Shown piece by piece: positions 59,978 to 64,000 of a stretch of 64,000 nt of DNA. Under the pieces are notes generated by a model that searched no databases, was not told the DNA's origin, and saw nothing but the letters and a program-made list of their open reading frames with translations. The number at the start of each line of letters is the position of its first letter. Positions within the stretch are counted from its first letter, which is position 1. This DNA is from the human T2T-CHM13v2.0 reference genome, Homo sapiens, in assembly GCF_009914755.1 (NCBI RefSeq), contig NC_060926.1, one strand, 5' to 3'. The translations under genes and the position numbers were made by a program.

Positions 59978-60976
59978 GTCATGAAGACAAACATTTAAAC
60001 AGCAGCCCCCTTCTGTGATGGCAGGTGCAGACTCCCCCCTACCCCCCATGCCACTGATGGGCCTTTGTAAGTGCTCAGTGAATGATAATGAATGATTTTC
60101 TTCCCTTCTCTTCTTCCCACCATCCTTCTTTGTAAAATCGAGGCCTCCTCCTCCATCTTTGCTCTAAATCCCCTCCCAGACAAGTTCTATTTTCTAGAGA
60201 CAAGCGTATCTGAAATTGCAACCCTGTGGCTTCTCTCCACCAAGTGAAAAACACAAGAGACACATCAGTTTTTGGTACCTTTGGCTATAAAACCTCTGGA
60301 GGAAGTTCTGTTTTTCTGAAAATGGCTTTCTTTTACTGGAAGAGTTAGGGTGGTAAATCTGTAGAGCCTGAGCTGGCTACCAGGAAACACTTCATGATGG
60401 CTGAGAAATTATTCCGCATGCTGAACCTTAAAGGGATAACATAAAATGGCAGTCTTGACAGACCCCTTAGAATCTAACGCTGAGATTATCTGTTTCCAAC
60501 TGCTTCCAGCTGAGAAGTGGCTCTCAGGGCAGCAATGAGTACTCAAAAGCATTCCCTCATAGAAGTGATTGTTCAAGGGGGATTCAAGAGTTTAATTCCT
60601 TAATGCCCATCCGGCTGTTTCCTAGATTCTTCCAGAACATGGGCCTTATGCCCCTAAATTCACTCCCATACCTAGAAGCAGAACTGGGAACTGAGCCCAG
60701 GTTGTTTGATACCAAAATTTGTGCCCTTAACCATGCATTTCACTCCCTTCTGGTACACAAATATCCAGGATCATGTATTTACTTTTTACAGATACTGTTA
60801 TATGTGCTCATGTAAATTGTCTGGCAATTAGCTGCAAGAGGATTGTAGGAAGAGATTCTACCTATCCATCTCTTTACACCATGCCTTCTGAAGAGAAGAT
60901 TTTCGGAGAGAATCCTTGGATTTAGTCAGGAATATTAGATCCCTAAATAAAAATGTCTAAAATCCTTTCCCCATTC

Positions 60977-61390
<414 letters not shown>

Positions 61391-62829
61391 TTCTTGGTTC
61401 CTTAAAAAACAACTGGCCCTCAAAAACGTCTAGGGAATGGTGTACAAATGAACGAATGAGTCAATGGATGAAAGAATTAATTAATCAATCTCCAGACCCT
61501 TGACAACTTAAGGATCTTGGGCACAGTTTATGCTCATGATAAACAAACAAGAAAAAGATAGTCAGCAGTTTTCTTATTGTGACATAGGCATCAGAAGGTT
61601 CACAATCATTCATTTAACAAACACTGAACCTTGACCATGAATTGCACACCGTGTTAGGCACGGAGGACGTGACACGCAAGGTCTCTGTCCTCAGCACAGG
61701 CAGGACTCCAGAGATGAGGCTGAAGCATGGAACGTAGTGTGGCCACAGGAAGCTTCACCTGGGGCTTTGGCCAGTTGCTCATATGTAAGGAATAGAACAT
61801 AGGGAGACATACAAAGATAGAAGATACCCTTTCTAGGAAGTGAAATGGGAGTGCAACATCCAGGTCGAGGATTGGGAAGGGTTAAGTGTAAGGTTCTCTG
61901 GCAGCTGGAAGATGTAACCCGATCCGTCTCAGCAGTAGCTTTTTAAACCTGGGCTTTAAAACCGGGAAACCTGGAGGAATCACAGACGCTGGGCTGGTTT
62001 TACTGGTCTCCCCTCTCTGCTTAGAAAGACAGCTCATGCCTTGTATAGCTAATGTTTCTTTGGTGGTGAGAGGGACTTCTGTATATTGCTCAGTTTATCC
62101 ATATTGTGATGATTTGTACTAGTTGCAATTCTCAGAGTATGTCCTGATCTCCACAAACGGGAAGTTGAGAGGACAACAAAAGAGAGATGTTTTAAAAGCA
62201 CTATTTTAATGACATAATTCTGTAAATATTACAGTGTTTAGACACAAATATAACAGGATTCTTTCTACAGAACTTTTTAAACCATTAATTTAGGATTAGG
62301 AAACTCCCCTCACTCCCCCTAGGGCCACTGCTTGATTTGGTTAAAGAAACTTAATTCAGGTTAGGGTAAAATTTAAGCAAACTCCATTGCTCAGCAAAAT
62401 GCTGCCTGAAAACAGCTAAAGACAGGTCAGAATGTCCCTAACCAAACCTCAGGCATTATTAACCAAGACCTGCCTTAATTCTGGTTTATCTCATGATGAC
62501 CAAGGAGAAAAAAGTCTTCCCCTGCTAGAAGTATTCTATGTCTATCACAAAGCAAGGATTGTGTGTTCAATGGTCATAAGAGAATGGATAATATACATAA
62601 GAGTTTAGAAGAGAGAGTAAACTGAAGTTAAGGTCATTTCAAAGGGCTTCATGGATGAAAGGATCTCAAATTCTAATTGAAGGAGAAGGAAGACTTAGTT
62701 GAGGAGGTGAGAGAATTTCAGAATGATATGAAGGGAGGCTTGGAAGCAGCAATTTGGGTGTCATATTTCCACAGACTAGTGACTGATCAGGGTCTTTTTT
62801 TTTCCTTCCAAAGAGTGAGAAGAAAAATA

Positions 62830-62903
62830 TGAGGTTGGTGCAAAAGTAATTGAGGTTTTGCAAAGTAATGGCGAAAACCGCAATTACTTTTGCACCAACC
62901 TAA
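62830..62903. mobile_element. MADE1 (Hsmar1 MITE), palindromic
   Basis: tgaggttggtgcaaaagtaattg...cgcaattacttttgcaccaacctaa inverted repeats; TA on the left flank. Confidence 0.95.
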
Positions 62904-63198
62904 ATAGGTAGATAAATGTAGTTGGAACAGAAGGTTTATTTGAGGATGTAGCCCAAGATTAGGTTGAAAAATTAAGAAGGAGGCAATCTGTGATGGGCCT
63001 TAGGTTTTAGAAGAGCAGACGAGGCCAGGAATTGATATGTAGAAGTGGAATAGTATTTTTTCTCCTAGTTTTCTTCTGTTTCTAGATTGCTTTGGTCACT
63101 ATATAATGTCTTTCTCAGTTTGAAGGCAGACAGAAAGATTATTGGGAAAAAAATTAGGATCAAGTGTTAAACTCAGGCAGCATCATGTTCTAGTGCTA

Positions 63199-63831
<633 letters not shown>

Positions 63832-64000
63832 AAAGAAGCAATTCTAGCAACTCAACAACATGAAAGACACTGAAGTTGAAGCAAAGCAGGAGGTTCCTTT
63901 TAAAACTGGATCACAATTTATAGATAGCTGTATCCAAATAGAGAGAACATGATTGCCATCCAGCCCTCAAACAACCTTACAGGTGTCTGGGCACCTTTGA

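Overview
Primate (most likely human) non-coding genomic DNA, intronic or intergenic, dominated by interspersed repeats. I find no credible protein-coding exon, tRNA, rRNA or CRISPR array; almost every ORF in the supplied track is a translation of Alu, L1, LTR or low-complexity sequence. The window holds about 30 Alus (nested, trimeric and inverted arrangements), several L1, L2 and MIR fragments, a long CR1/L3 fossil, solo LTRs (LTR12, MER41B, MER4, THE1, MST, MLT1, MLT2, LTR16) and DNA-transposon MITEs (MER75, MER85, MARNA, MADE1, MER47A, MER2, MER58A, MER103C, MER33). Three observations are not visible in the ORF track. (1) A 5'-truncated processed C2H2 zinc-finger retrocopy at 5585-7927 with an intact 12-bp target-site duplication (TSD), poly(A) signal and tail remnant, later split by an L1PA and two Alus. 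(2) A 46-bp-arm fold-back hairpin made by an inverted duplication inside an MLT2 LTR (19548-19666). (3) A 78-bp direct duplication of apparently unique DNA 1.8 kb apart (18399 and 20211). I see no evidence of a new multi-gene biological system. Repeat family names come from recalled consensus sequences, not a database search; boundaries of old elements are approximate, and I cannot name the chromosomal locus.
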